A DNA stretch of 64,000 bases from Candidatus Levyibacteriota bacterium (GTDB lineage Bacteria > Patescibacteriota > Microgenomatia > Levybacterales > UBA12049): assembly GCA_052034235.1 (NCBI GenBank), contig JBPOIT010000002.1, positions 5,939-69,938 of the forward strand, read 5' to 3'. The notes below the pieces were generated by a model. It was given only the letters and a program-made list of their open reading frames with translations. It did no database searches and was not told the origin of the DNA. The translations under genes and the position numbers were made by a program. This document shows, one piece after another, positions 39,406 through 48,534 of the stretch; within the stretch, counting starts at the first letter, position 1, and every line of letters starts with the position of its first letter.

Positions 39406-40707
39406 TCATTGTTGTGCTGCTTCGTGTGTGAGCGTTACGAGTACCAGGTCAGGTACATAGAGGAATTCTTCTTTTTTGTAACCGTTTCGCAAAAGCGCAT
39501 CGTGGACGTTTTTGGAGAGGACAACTGGATAATAATCATCAATTTTATGTGAGAGGGTTTGTTGTTCAGTTTGATCCTCAAAAATATCGTAGCCTATGGT
39601 TAAGATCCCGAGTTTTGTTTTTGAAGGTTTGTAACCGAGTTCTTTAAGGCGTGTATAGAATCTTTCCTTATACTCAGTGATACCTTCTTTTGTTGCTCTA
39701 AAGACGATTCTACGGCCTTTAGCGATAGTTAAAATCTTTTTGAGCACAATATCAGATGGATCCAGCAGTGTCACTCCACTATATCGCAGAGCAATTGATC
39801 CCATGGTGATAACATCTTCACTCTTTGGGATAATTGCTTTTTCATCTTCTGAGACAACATAACTTTTATGGTATTTATCTCCAATAATAATAATGCGGTT
39901 TTGATTCCAGTTCAGTTCTTTTTCGATGACTCTGATATTTTGGCAGAGAATGTCGAGTTTATGAGGAGAAAGATCATATGCTTTTGCACCTGGTAAAAAG
40001 ATTTGGTCATCTTTAACAGGGAAGAACACATATTCACCCGCGTGTTCACCATCTGCTCTTATAAGCGTTTGTTTGAGGTCGTCATACAGTCCATCAGCTG
40101 CATAGGTATTCCAGAAAATGGTAACGAATGGTTTTGTTTCTGAGATTGTAACTGTTTCATCAGGTTTATGGTTGAGGACAAACTGTGTGCCGATAAAGTC
40201 GCCTTTGCCCACAAAAAGCAGAGAATGACCGGGTTTCATGATAAGGCGGAGCATGCCGCTTGTGACTTGTTCTTGAAGCATTTTCTTTGCAAGATAGACT
40301 TTATCAAGCCAGGTTCTTCTATCAATTGCATCAATAAGTTTTTTGATACCGAAAATGCCAAAAGAGTAGAGGACGATGTTTGGAATGTGGTAGAGGATAT
40401 TGGCTTTTCGAACGGGCTCTCCAATCATGTCCCATAAATAATCAATTCCAACAAGCATCGGAGGTGGGAAATTCGTCCAGGAAGGTAATTGATTGACAAA
40501 TGCTTTAAACTCGATTGGAAACGCAGTAAAGATGAACCCAAACAGTAATGACAGCGGCACAGTTATACGTTTCAGTACTTTTCGAAGTTTGGTATCCTGA
40601 TTTAATTTCTCAAATTGCAAAAGATAGGTGATATCTTCTGGCTTTATTGATGTACCAGATGTGACATTCTTTGCAATGGCTATGAGTCTGCGCTTTTGAT
40701 ACTGCAT
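39406..40707 (-). CDS. Hypothetical 433-aa protein with an N-terminal TM segment; no recognisable catalytic motif
   Basis: ORF divergent from the second histidine kinase; no Walker or other motifs seen by eye. Confidence 0.4.
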   Translation of the reverse strand: MQYQKRRLIAIAKNVTSGTSIKPEDITYLLQFEKLNQDTKLRKVLKRITVPLSLLFGFIFTAFPIEFKAFVNQLPSWTNFPPPMLVGIDYLWDMIGEPVRKANILYHIPNIVLYSFGIFGIKKLIDAIDRRTWLDKVYLAKKMLQEQVTSGMLRLIMKPGHSLLFVGKGDFIGTQFVLNHKPDETVTISETKPFVTIFWNTYAADGLYDDLKQTLIRADGEHAGEYVFFPVKDDQIFLPGAKAYDLSPHKLDILCQNIRVIEKELNWNQNRIIIIGDKYHKSYVVSEDEKAIIPKSEDVITMGSIALRYSGVTLLDPSDIVLKKILTIAKGRRIVFRATKEGITEYKERFYTRLKELGYKPSKTKLGILTIGYDIFEDQTEQQTLSHKIDDYYPVVLSKNVHDALLRNGYKKEEFLYVPDLVLVTLTHEAAQQ

Positions 40708-40756
40708 ATGTGTATTATACCTTGGCTTTGATTACCTGTGAAGAGGAGGCTGAAGG

Positions 40757-42259
40757 TTGTGTGAAACTCATATGAGTGCTATTATATCGACATTTCTCAT
40801 GGAAATCCTTCTGACTTATCTTAATCCTATTCGCCGTTTAGGCAAGAAGAAGTATTCAACACTGTTTCCGCTCCTGGTTTCAGTAGTCATACCCGTTCTT
40901 TCGGAATTATTTGCTGTATTTATAGCACATAATCCCAATATTGTTGGTGTGTATATCATCTGGGCTAATGTTATGACAATTATGTATTTTGCCTTTCGTG
41001 ACGGGTTAAAAGGAGGAGTGATTGCAGCACTTATTCCAGTTTGTTACTACGCGTACATCATTTACACAAGACAACACACAGGTGCTCAACTGGTTGCAAG
41101 TGTTGAAACAACAATTGTGCTAGGCCTTCTGTATCTTGCAATGGCGGGTGTCATCGGGTGGTTGAAGCAAACAATTGATAGCCTCATTGAAAGTGAAGCA
41201 AATGAAAAAAGGCGCCTCCAAGCGATTGTGCAGCAATTACCAGTTGGGGTTGTTATTACTGATAGTAAAGGCAGAGTTACACAAGTAAATAAAAAGTTGG
41301 AAACGATTTTAGGTACAAAAATACCCCTAGGTTTTATAATGGGAAGCGCTCCGCTTTTGCCGACCACCACAAATGGGAAAAATATTGTGCCTTCAAAAGG
41401 TCCACTCGCACAGGTTATTTCTACAGGCAAGACGGTAGGTGGAAAAGAATTTAGTATTAAACGCAAAGATGGCCGGGAAGTGTACGTTCTCACAAGTGCC
41501 GCTCCTATTCATAACAAAGTAGGTAAATTGATCGCGGCTGCTTCAATTTCCTACGACATTACCCAGCAAAAAGAGCTTGAAAAACGGAAAGATGATTTTT
41601 TAAATATGGCTTCTCATGAGTTGCGAACTCCACTCACAAGCATGAAACTCTACATCGATTCACTGACAGCAAAGGTTAGAGACTACGATGATGAACGTGT
41701 CAATAAAACAATAAAAAGTATCAAACAGCAGACTGATAGGCTTCAGGAGTTAGTAAGTGATTTACTTGATGTCTCCAAGATCCAAACCGGCAAGCTGAGT
41801 TTTGTTAAAGAAACGTTTCGGCTTGATACATTAGCTGCTGAAACAATTGAAGATGTGCGGGGAATGGCTAAAAAACAGGAGATTGTGCTAACAAGTAAGG
41901 CGTCGGTGAATGTGTTTGCAGATAGATTTCGTATGTATCAAGTGCTCACCAATCTCATCACAAATGCCATAAAGTATTCAAAAGGTGAAAAACAAATCAA
42001 AGTCAGAATAAAGCGGGAAGCTGATAAAGTCGTTGTTAGCGTACAAGATTTTGGGATTGGGATTGCAAAAGAGCAGCAAAAGAAAATCTTTGAGAGACTT
42101 TATCAAGTACAGGATGACAATGGCAGAACATATCCTGGATTTGGGATGGGTTTATATATCTCGAAAGAAATAATTACGAGGCACAAAGGTGCAATTTGGG
42201 TTGAAAGTGAAAAAGGGAAGGGATCGACATTTTATTTCACGCTTCCTCTTAAAAAATAA
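40757..42259 (+). CDS. Sensor histidine kinase (4-5 TM, PAS, HisKA, HATPase_c)
   Basis: H-box ASHELRTPLTSM; N/G boxes (NLITNAIKYS, DFGIGI, GFGMGL). No adjacent response regulator. Confidence 0.8.
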   Translation: MCETHMSAIISTFLMEILLTYLNPIRRLGKKKYSTLFPLLVSVVIPVLSELFAVFIAHNPNIVGVYIIWANVMTIMYFAFRDGLKGGVIAALIPVCYYAYIIYTRQHTGAQLVASVETTIVLGLLYLAMAGVIGWLKQTIDSLIESEANEKRRLQAIVQQLPVGVVITDSKGRVTQVNKKLETILGTKIPLGFIMGSAPLLPTTTNGKNIVPSKGPLAQVISTGKTVGGKEFSIKRKDGREVYVLTSAAPIHNKVGKLIAAASISYDITQQKELEKRKDDFLNMASHELRTPLTSMKLYIDSLTAKVRDYDDERVNKTIKSIKQQTDRLQELVSDLLDVSKIQTGKLSFVKETFRLDTLAAETIEDVRGMAKKQEIVLTSKASVNVFADRFRMYQVLTNLITNAIKYSKGEKQIKVRIKREADKVVVSVQDFGIGIAKEQQKKIFERLYQVQDDNGRTYPGFGMGLYISKEIITRHKGAIWVESEKGKGSTFYFTLPLKK

Positions 42260-42262
42260 AAA

Positions 42263-43003
42263 CTAACAATTTGGCCAAGCGCCTCGGCCGCCGTTTGAGA
42301 TTTTGTAAGCGGCAGTTCGGATAGCTTCCTCAGCATTTTTCCTTAGGTCAGGATTAGTATCAAGGCCCATGGCACTGCGTGTGCTTATCCATGTCGCTGC
42401 TGCAAATTGATACATGCCTGCATATAAGCCAGTATCGGCATTGGTATTAAAACCAGCTTCGCATTTTGCAATTCGTTTGAGATCTTCTTTATCGACTTTA
42501 TATTCATCAGCATATTTACTAAATAATGAATCAAGATCCGTAGGTGCTGCAACAGCAGTCTGGGGGATTGGCGTTGCTGTTGGCAATGGTTCTGTCGTCG
42601 GAATAGCGCTTGGTGTTATTGTTACTTGAATTATTTTAGTAGGTTCAGGTGTTGTCGTTGGCGTTTGTGGTTCAGCGGTAACGGTAGGAACAGGCTCGTC
42701 AGTTGATTTAAGTGTAAAAAGAACTGGTTTTTGTTTTACATCCTCTGGCTGCTGTGTGATTTGTTTTACGTAGGCTAAGGTCGGAGTAGGTTGAGGTGTA
42801 ACAGCCGGTATCTGCGTAGGTTTTGCTATTAGCTCAGATGTCTGTGCGTTCGCAACTGTATGGAACAGGGTCGTTGAGACACTGAATGAAAGAAAAGAGA
42901 GAAGCACGTAGCTAGCCAGTTTCCTCTGCATTATTAAATCGTAACATGCACATTCTTTACTGTGTGTAAGAGATACGCTATAAGATAAAAAACAAAAGGG
43001 CAT
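42263..43003 (-). CDS. Secreted transglycosylase-like (Rpf/PF06737-like) domain protein with Pro/Thr-rich linker
   Basis: Signal peptide; C-terminal CEAGFNTNADTGLYAGMYQFAAATWIS...AWPNC resembles the Rpf-type lysozyme-like domain (CESGGNW...GLYQF..TW). Confidence 0.55.
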   Translation of the reverse strand: MPFCFLSYSVSLTHSKECACYDLIMQRKLASYVLLSFLSFSVSTTLFHTVANAQTSELIAKPTQIPAVTPQPTPTLAYVKQITQQPEDVKQKPVLFTLKSTDEPVPTVTAEPQTPTTTPEPTKIIQVTITPSAIPTTEPLPTATPIPQTAVAAPTDLDSLFSKYADEYKVDKEDLKRIAKCEAGFNTNADTGLYAGMYQFAAATWISTRSAMGLDTNPDLRKNAEEAIRTAAYKISNGGRGAWPNC

Positions 43004-43206
43004 TAATATGCTAATTGAAGTTTAGTAAAAACTTTTCGCTCAATGTTAGAGAGCCTTATAGTGGGCAGAGAAGTGTTTTGAGACAAAAAAACTGTTCATT
43101 TTTTGAAGCTGAACAATGGAAAAGATTGCAAACTATATAAATGAAATTTTATAGTCAAATAGAGTGTGTTTGGTGTTTATAAATCCTGTATACAATCCCT
43201 ACAGGT

Positions 43207-43782
43207 TTATTTTTCTTCAAAAGTGATATCGGAAGGGAGTATGAATTTTGTTTCGTCTGGATTCCAAGGTTTACAATTAAAAATCATATTCTGACGAATT
43301 TGTTCTGCCTGTTGTTTCTCTTGAGGAGTGAGAGATTTATTTGCTTCACTGAATTTCATACCTACTTTTTGTCCGCCAAGGATCATCCAGCTGTAGGCGG
43401 TATTATTCATATAAATAGCGTTACCTTCAGCTTCCATACCGCCAATTGTTGCCGTTATGGTACTTCTTCCTTTATGTGCAGTTGTCCAGAGTGTGCCTTT
43501 GTTAAATGGGTTTTCTCCTTCAACTGGCATCCTCCAATCACATTCCAAATTCTGGCCACGACCAACGATATCAGGGATAGTTGTATTCAATTCTCGATTG
43601 GTGAGTGTTTCTGAAGGAATAACATTTCCCACAGAGTTTTTTGTCAAAGAAGCAATAGGTGAGGTATTTGGATTTGATTGAGTTGCAAAAAATAAACCAA
43701 AGCCAATGATTGCAGCTGCCCCCAAAACGACAAGTAAAGCGATTGTTGAAAATCCCAAAGCTGATAATTTATGGCCATTCAT
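43207..43782 (-). CDS. Hypothetical membrane-anchored exported protein
   Basis: N-terminal TM helix; 191 aa; no family recognised. Confidence 0.35.
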   Translation of the reverse strand: MNGHKLSALGFSTIALLVVLGAAAIIGFGLFFATQSNPNTSPIASLTKNSVGNVIPSETLTNRELNTTIPDIVGRGQNLECDWRMPVEGENPFNKGTLWTTAHKGRSTITATIGGMEAEGNAIYMNNTAYSWMILGGQKVGMKFSEANKSLTPQEKQQAEQIRQNMIFNCKPWNPDETKFILPSDITFEEK

Positions 43783-43803
43783 ACGGGTCGATTATAACAT
43801 GAC

Positions 43804-44727
43804 TTATCTAATACGCTGCAAATTCTCAACAATTAAAGCGAAACGCTCCTGCGCAATTTCCAAAAGACTTTTTTTCCGGCAAACCTCCTGCAGTTCTATC
43901 AAATCATCATTTGCTGGTATAACAGCATTGTTTGTTCGTGTATACATAATTGCCTTGGTATCAGGTACGTGATCTATGCCTAATGCATGGCCGAATTCAT
44001 GGGCGAGTGTGTGAACGAGTTCATCTGGGGTGTTATAAAAATAAATGATAATTCGTCGACCATCTTTATCCTGAATGTAAATTCCTTCTTCAGGTTTTGA
44101 TTTCAAGGCTTCGTTATAAGTATCGACTGTTTGGCTTAATGCTTGTACCTCAGTATTGTATTCGTCAGTTGATTGACCGAGCTCAGCGGCCGTTGCATGA
44201 AGTTGCCTTGATTCCTCCTGAAGCACTTTTTGCCGTTCGATCAGTCCTTGATAGACATCAGTAGGTGCGCCTCCTTTTGTGTTCCAGTTATCAATTTCCT
44301 GGTTAAGTGCTGCAGCTTTTTGCTTGAAGGCTGCAACACGTTGTTCATACGCAGCAATCCTTGGTTCAAGCGCTTTATTCTGTTCATCGAGTTTGGTATC
44401 AAGCTGACTTATTTGGGAATTAAGTGATTGCCGTTCGTCATATTCTAAACTAACGGTGAGTGGACCTTCTGGGTCATAAGCAAAAAGTTCTTTTCCTGAA
44501 GCCTCGCTCCAAATCGCTCCGGCTTCCTGAATATACTTTTTGAATTCTTCTTCTGACAGATTAAATCGTTTATCAATTTTACCGATTTTATAGGCAAGGG
44601 GAGTGTCACATGTGGAGTAGTACGTGACTTGTTTTATTTGCTCTGCGATGACGGTTCGGTTTTGGAAGCCAAGGCCCAAGAGAACAATCACTAGAATGAC
44701 CCAAAATAACTTTCTCATAGCCATCAC
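43804..44727 (-). CDS. Secreted zinc metalloprotease, metzincin (matrixin-like) with coiled-coil region
   Basis: Canonical HEFGHALGIDH (HExxHxxGxxH) plus Met-turn AIMY; signal/TM at the N-terminus; Q/E-rich coiled-coil in the middle. Confidence 0.65.
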   Translation of the reverse strand: MMAMRKLFWVILVIVLLGLGFQNRTVIAEQIKQVTYYSTCDTPLAYKIGKIDKRFNLSEEEFKKYIQEAGAIWSEASGKELFAYDPEGPLTVSLEYDERQSLNSQISQLDTKLDEQNKALEPRIAAYEQRVAAFKQKAAALNQEIDNWNTKGGAPTDVYQGLIERQKVLQEESRQLHATAAELGQSTDEYNTEVQALSQTVDTYNEALKSKPEEGIYIQDKDGRRIIIYFYNTPDELVHTLAHEFGHALGIDHVPDTKAIMYTRTNNAVIPANDDLIELQEVCRKKSLLEIAQERFALIVENLQRIR

Positions 44728-44816
44728 ATTTTAGTAGATAGGTGCAAAAGGTGCAACATTTACACAAAAAACCCTCCGGTGAGTACGGAGGGTTTTGCAG
44801 GTTATCCAATTACTCT

Positions 44817-46223
44817 TTAGTACGAAGCATAATTGAATCCAGAGGTATTACTAATTCTGACACTTGCATAGTTATTGCCCGTGCGAATCGATACCTTACC
44901 GTTGTGTTCCTCATGATTCTGAGAATGATAGTTTTTATATTTCTCGTTGAAATAGTTGCAGTCATCCTTTTTATCATAATCATGGTTTACCTTTTTTACG
45001 TACGTGACATATTTTTTATCATGGTTGTACTTATCGTCATGATTGTAAGATGTTACTTTGTAATCTTTGTTGTAATCATCTTTATGACTTTTGTAGTACT
45101 CATATGCCTCCCAGCAGCCATAATTACCTTCATATCCTTCATGTTTGAATAGGAATGTTAAGTAATAGTGACAGTTTTGTAGGTATTCATATTTGCCATA
45201 ATCATTCTTTTCATATTTCACGTATTTGTAGTCGTACTCTTTGTAATCCTTCTTGTTTGATTCATGGCCTTTTTTATCCCAGTCATCGTGTTTGAAGGAG
45301 TACGTATGATCATCTTTTTTCTCAGAATTGTATTCATGATGATTGTCTTCATCATGTTTATTCTTATCATCATGATCATCGTCTTTTTTACTGTCTACAT
45401 ACGTATGATCCTCGGAAGCTTTATGCTCATCGACCTTTTTATCGTCCTCATGTTTACCATAGTTTTTATTTTCATACTCATGGTTATCCTTTTTGACTTC
45501 GACATACTTTTGGTCGTCATGGTTTTTCCAGGATTTCTCGTCATCATTTTCATGATTGTCTTTGTAGGACTCGTCTTTGTTGTATGAATCTTTGTTCCAA
45601 TCATTATCTTTGTTTTCTTCAGACTTGAAAACTTCGTGCTTTTCCTCATACTTCTTATCGTCCTTGTCAGACCAGTTTTTTTTGTCAGTATCCCAGTCTT
45701 TCTCATCATGCTTATATGATGTGTTCTCATCTGCATGGTTGTATCCAGTATTTGCTTGTACGTCTACATTATTCTCAATCTTGGTGTCATTCTCCTGCGT
45801 GACTTCTTTCTTATCGTTATTTGAGAAATGTATCTCGTTATCTGAATGTGCACCGTTTTCGCTTTCTTTTATTTTCCAATCACTCTTCTCATGATCGTTA
45901 TTCACATACGCAGCGTTTACTCCGGCCGTATTCTCGATAGAAACGTGAGAGCGAGCATCACCAGTGTGTATTGAAACATCTCCACCGGTATTATCATTGG
46001 CTGAATTATTGCCCGTATTGCTATGTGTTGAGACATTATTGGAAATGGATGTATCGTTAGATTGATGAACAGATGTATCATGTTGTTCACTCACATGAAC
46101 TTTGTTATCTGAACGTGAACCATTTCCTGCAATAGTGATTGAATCAGCTGAAGCCGGGAAAAATGCTGCTGATCCCAAGAATGCTGCTGAAGAAATAAAA
46201 TAAGCAAGTTTTGTTTTTGTCAT
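44817..46223 (-). CDS. Secreted low-complexity His/Asp/Lys/Tyr/Asn-rich protein (468 aa)
   Basis: Strong SD AAGGAGGTG; signal peptide MTKTKLAYFISSAAFLGSAAFFPASA; long KDD/HDD/YNHD/KYE-type repeats. Opposite-strand ORFs are codon-bias artefacts. Confidence 0.5.
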   Translation of the reverse strand: MTKTKLAYFISSAAFLGSAAFFPASADSITIAGNGSRSDNKVHVSEQHDTSVHQSNDTSISNNVSTHSNTGNNSANDNTGGDVSIHTGDARSHVSIENTAGVNAAYVNNDHEKSDWKIKESENGAHSDNEIHFSNNDKKEVTQENDTKIENNVDVQANTGYNHADENTSYKHDEKDWDTDKKNWSDKDDKKYEEKHEVFKSEENKDNDWNKDSYNKDESYKDNHENDDEKSWKNHDDQKYVEVKKDNHEYENKNYGKHEDDKKVDEHKASEDHTYVDSKKDDDHDDKNKHDEDNHHEYNSEKKDDHTYSFKHDDWDKKGHESNKKDYKEYDYKYVKYEKNDYGKYEYLQNCHYYLTFLFKHEGYEGNYGCWEAYEYYKSHKDDYNKDYKVTSYNHDDKYNHDKKYVTYVKKVNHDYDKKDDCNYFNEKYKNYHSQNHEEHNGKVSIRTGNNYASVRISNTSGFNYASY

Positions 46224-46428
46224 TTACTTTTCACCTCCTTTCCGACGTGCCGTTATATACAAAAGCGGAGGTTCATCACTAGTAAATGAAATCCACACGT
46301 AGCGTAGGGCAGGTCTTATGTGATTAGAGTTAGACTAACCAGTTTATGTAAATCTAGAATAGATGTTTGTTAATAAACAGGTAAGAAAGGCTGATGAGGT
46401 TAGAGTTTTACGCCTGTTGAAGTAGAGG

Positions 46429-47493
46429 TTATTTTATAATCCGGGCGATTTTTTTTGTTTGTTCGATAATATAATCTATTTCTTCATCTTTCAAATCAGG
46501 GTAGAGTGGGAGACTTGCACAATGTGCTCCGATAAATTCGGTAACAGGAAGTGTTACTTTGTTGTATTGTTTATAACCCTTCATTAAATGAAGCGGAAGA
46601 TAATGGATACTGCATTGAATTCCTGCCTCTTTCATTTGAACCAGGAATTCATCGCGGTTTTCAACGAGAAGAGGATACATATGATTTCCTTTGATTTGTA
46701 GACCAAATGCTTCGTTATATTTTGTGACGATTTCGTCACGTCTTGCGTTCAAACCTTCAACTTTTTTAAGCTGCTCTCGGCCAATTGCAGCTTCGACATC
46801 TGTCATATCAAAGTTCCAGCCTGGCTCTTCAACTTCATAATAAAAACTGGAAGCACTTACGCCTCCTGTCCCTTGATAACGGCTCAATGTGTCTTTTGCG
46901 ATTCCGCCGTGACATGCCATTCTATACCAAGCTGCTTTTTCATCGTCATCAGTAATAATCATACCTCCGCGGACAGTAGTCATATTTTTCACTGCGTAAA
47001 AAGAAAAACAGATGGTAATACCTTTATAGTCGTTTTTTTCAATGCGATGAGCAGAGTCGAAAAGTACTGGAACAGGGAAGTTCTCAAACCCTTCAGCATA
47101 CCTTGCTGAATAATGAACAGGTATAACGAGCTTGGTACGAGGTGTTATTTTTCTCTTTACGTCTTCAGGATCTAAACACCACGTATCTTTTTTAACATCT
47201 GCAAAAACAGGTGTTGCACCTGCCTGAATAACAATACTTGCAGTAGCACTCCAGGTAAGAGAGGGGACGATTACTTCATCTTCAGGTTGAAGTTTCATCT
47301 GCTTTACAACAAGATAAAGCGCCATGGTGCAGCCGTTAGTTGCAATTGCATGTTTCGCACCGGTATAAGCAGCAACTTCTTCTTCAAAAGCTTGTGTTTC
47401 TTTGCCTCTTATGAGCCAGCCGCTATCAAGAACGCGCTTAACAGCTTGCAATTCTTTTTCATCAATTGACGGTTTTGTAAGATTAATAGTCAT
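46429..47493 (-). CDS. DegT/DnrJ/EryC1/StrS-family PLP-dependent sugar aminotransferase
   Basis: N-terminal KPSIDEKELQAVKRVLDSGWL...G; family-typical length and conserved Lys region. Confidence 0.8.
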   Translation of the reverse strand: MTINLTKPSIDEKELQAVKRVLDSGWLIRGKETQAFEEEVAAYTGAKHAIATNGCTMALYLVVKQMKLQPEDEVIVPSLTWSATASIVIQAGATPVFADVKKDTWCLDPEDVKRKITPRTKLVIPVHYSARYAEGFENFPVPVLFDSAHRIEKNDYKGITICFSFYAVKNMTTVRGGMIITDDDEKAAWYRMACHGGIAKDTLSRYQGTGGVSASSFYYEVEEPGWNFDMTDVEAAIGREQLKKVEGLNARRDEIVTKYNEAFGLQIKGNHMYPLLVENRDEFLVQMKEAGIQCSIHYLPLHLMKGYKQYNKVTLPVTEFIGAHCASLPLYPDLKDEEIDYIIEQTKKIARIIK

Positions 47494-47495
47494 AG

Positions 47496-48533
47496 TTAGA
47501 AGTTAAAAAGATTAATAGTTTTCATTGACTGTAATGCATTACGTGACTTTGTAAAGAGAGTAGTTCGCTTCTCGCCATTATTTGTGTACTTCATAAGATA
47601 CTTTACGCGATAATACACATCTTCATCAAGACTTTTAATACTTTTGTTTTCAAATGCCTTATAGATTTCATGAACAGCATCTTTTACGTCATATGTTGGT
47701 TTGAAGCCGAAATCCTTTTTAATTCTGTCAAAATTTGCTTTGTAGGATCTGCCATCGATACTTTCTTCGTTAATAACGAGTTCCACATGTGGCAATTCTT
47801 TTTTAATAAGTTTTCCAAGGTCAGAAATTCGATAATTCTGTTCATTTGAACCGACGTTATATATTCGGTGTTTTGGCTTTTCAACATGAAGTATCATACC
47901 AATTGCACGTGAGACATCTTTGACATGTACGATTGGACGCCACTGTGAACCACCGTTAACGGTAATTTTATTTTTAAAATAGGCATTTCCGGTCATGGTA
48001 TTAACGACGAGATCAAATCTCGGTTTTGGTGAGTGTCCGTAAACTGTTGCAAAACGGAGAACTATCCCGTTCACCTGTGGATTAAGATAGGCTTTTTCTG
48101 AAAGCATTTTGGTTCGCGCATAGAGTGTGACTGGTCCGAGTGGACTTTCTTCGTTAAACACACCGTTTTCTGAAAATCCGTATACGGAACAGGATGATGC
48201 ATAGATAACACGTTTACCTGTTGCTTGGCACAATTCAGCAATTAAATGGTTAGCTTTGTAATTGACATTCCATGTAAGCTCAGGAAGCAAATCAGATGCC
48301 GGGTCATTTGAAATAGCCGCTAAATTTACAATTGCGTCAGCCTTTTCAATAGCAGGCAGCAGGTCATTAATATCACGAATATCTCCAACGATATATTCTC
48401 TGTTAGGAAAACCTTTATCGTTTCGTTCATAAAGAAAATTATCAAACACGATAACGTCATCGCCAATTGATTCAAGATAATCACATAATACTGAGCCAAT
48501 GTAACCGGCTCCGCCGAGGACGAGTACTTTCAT
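47496..48533 (-). CDS. NAD-dependent nucleotide-sugar epimerase/dehydratase (SDR extended family)
   Basis: Rossmann GGAGYIGS at the N-terminus; YxxxK catalytic pair (Y147 and K151, within ...LYARTKMLSEKAYL...). Confidence 0.8.
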   Translation of the reverse strand: MKVLVLGGAGYIGSVLCDYLESIGDDVIVFDNFLYERNDKGFPNREYIVGDIRDINDLLPAIEKADAIVNLAAISNDPASDLLPELTWNVNYKANHLIAELCQATGKRVIYASSCSVYGFSENGVFNEESPLGPVTLYARTKMLSEKAYLNPQVNGIVLRFATVYGHSPKPRFDLVVNTMTGNAYFKNKITVNGGSQWRPIVHVKDVSRAIGMILHVEKPKHRIYNVGSNEQNYRISDLGKLIKKELPHVELVINEESIDGRSYKANFDRIKKDFGFKPTYDVKDAVHEIYKAFENKSIKSLDEDVYYRVKYLMKYTNNGEKRTTLFTKSRNALQSMKTINLFNF

Positions 48534-48534
48534 A

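Noticed and set aside
43084-43117. Possible minus-strand terminator (TGTTCA-N11-TGAACA with A7 on plus) after gene 43207-43782
   Set aside because: Only a 6-bp stem with an 11-nt loop; too weak to call as a feature, noted only.
44742-45894. Plus-strand ORFs (136, 107, 105 aa) and minus ORF 45395-45736 full of I/F/V/M or K/T/M residues
   Set aside because: Alternative-frame or antisense read-through of the GAT/CAT/AAG-rich low-complexity His-rich gene; hydrophobic poly-I/F/V strings are the hallmark of such artefacts.
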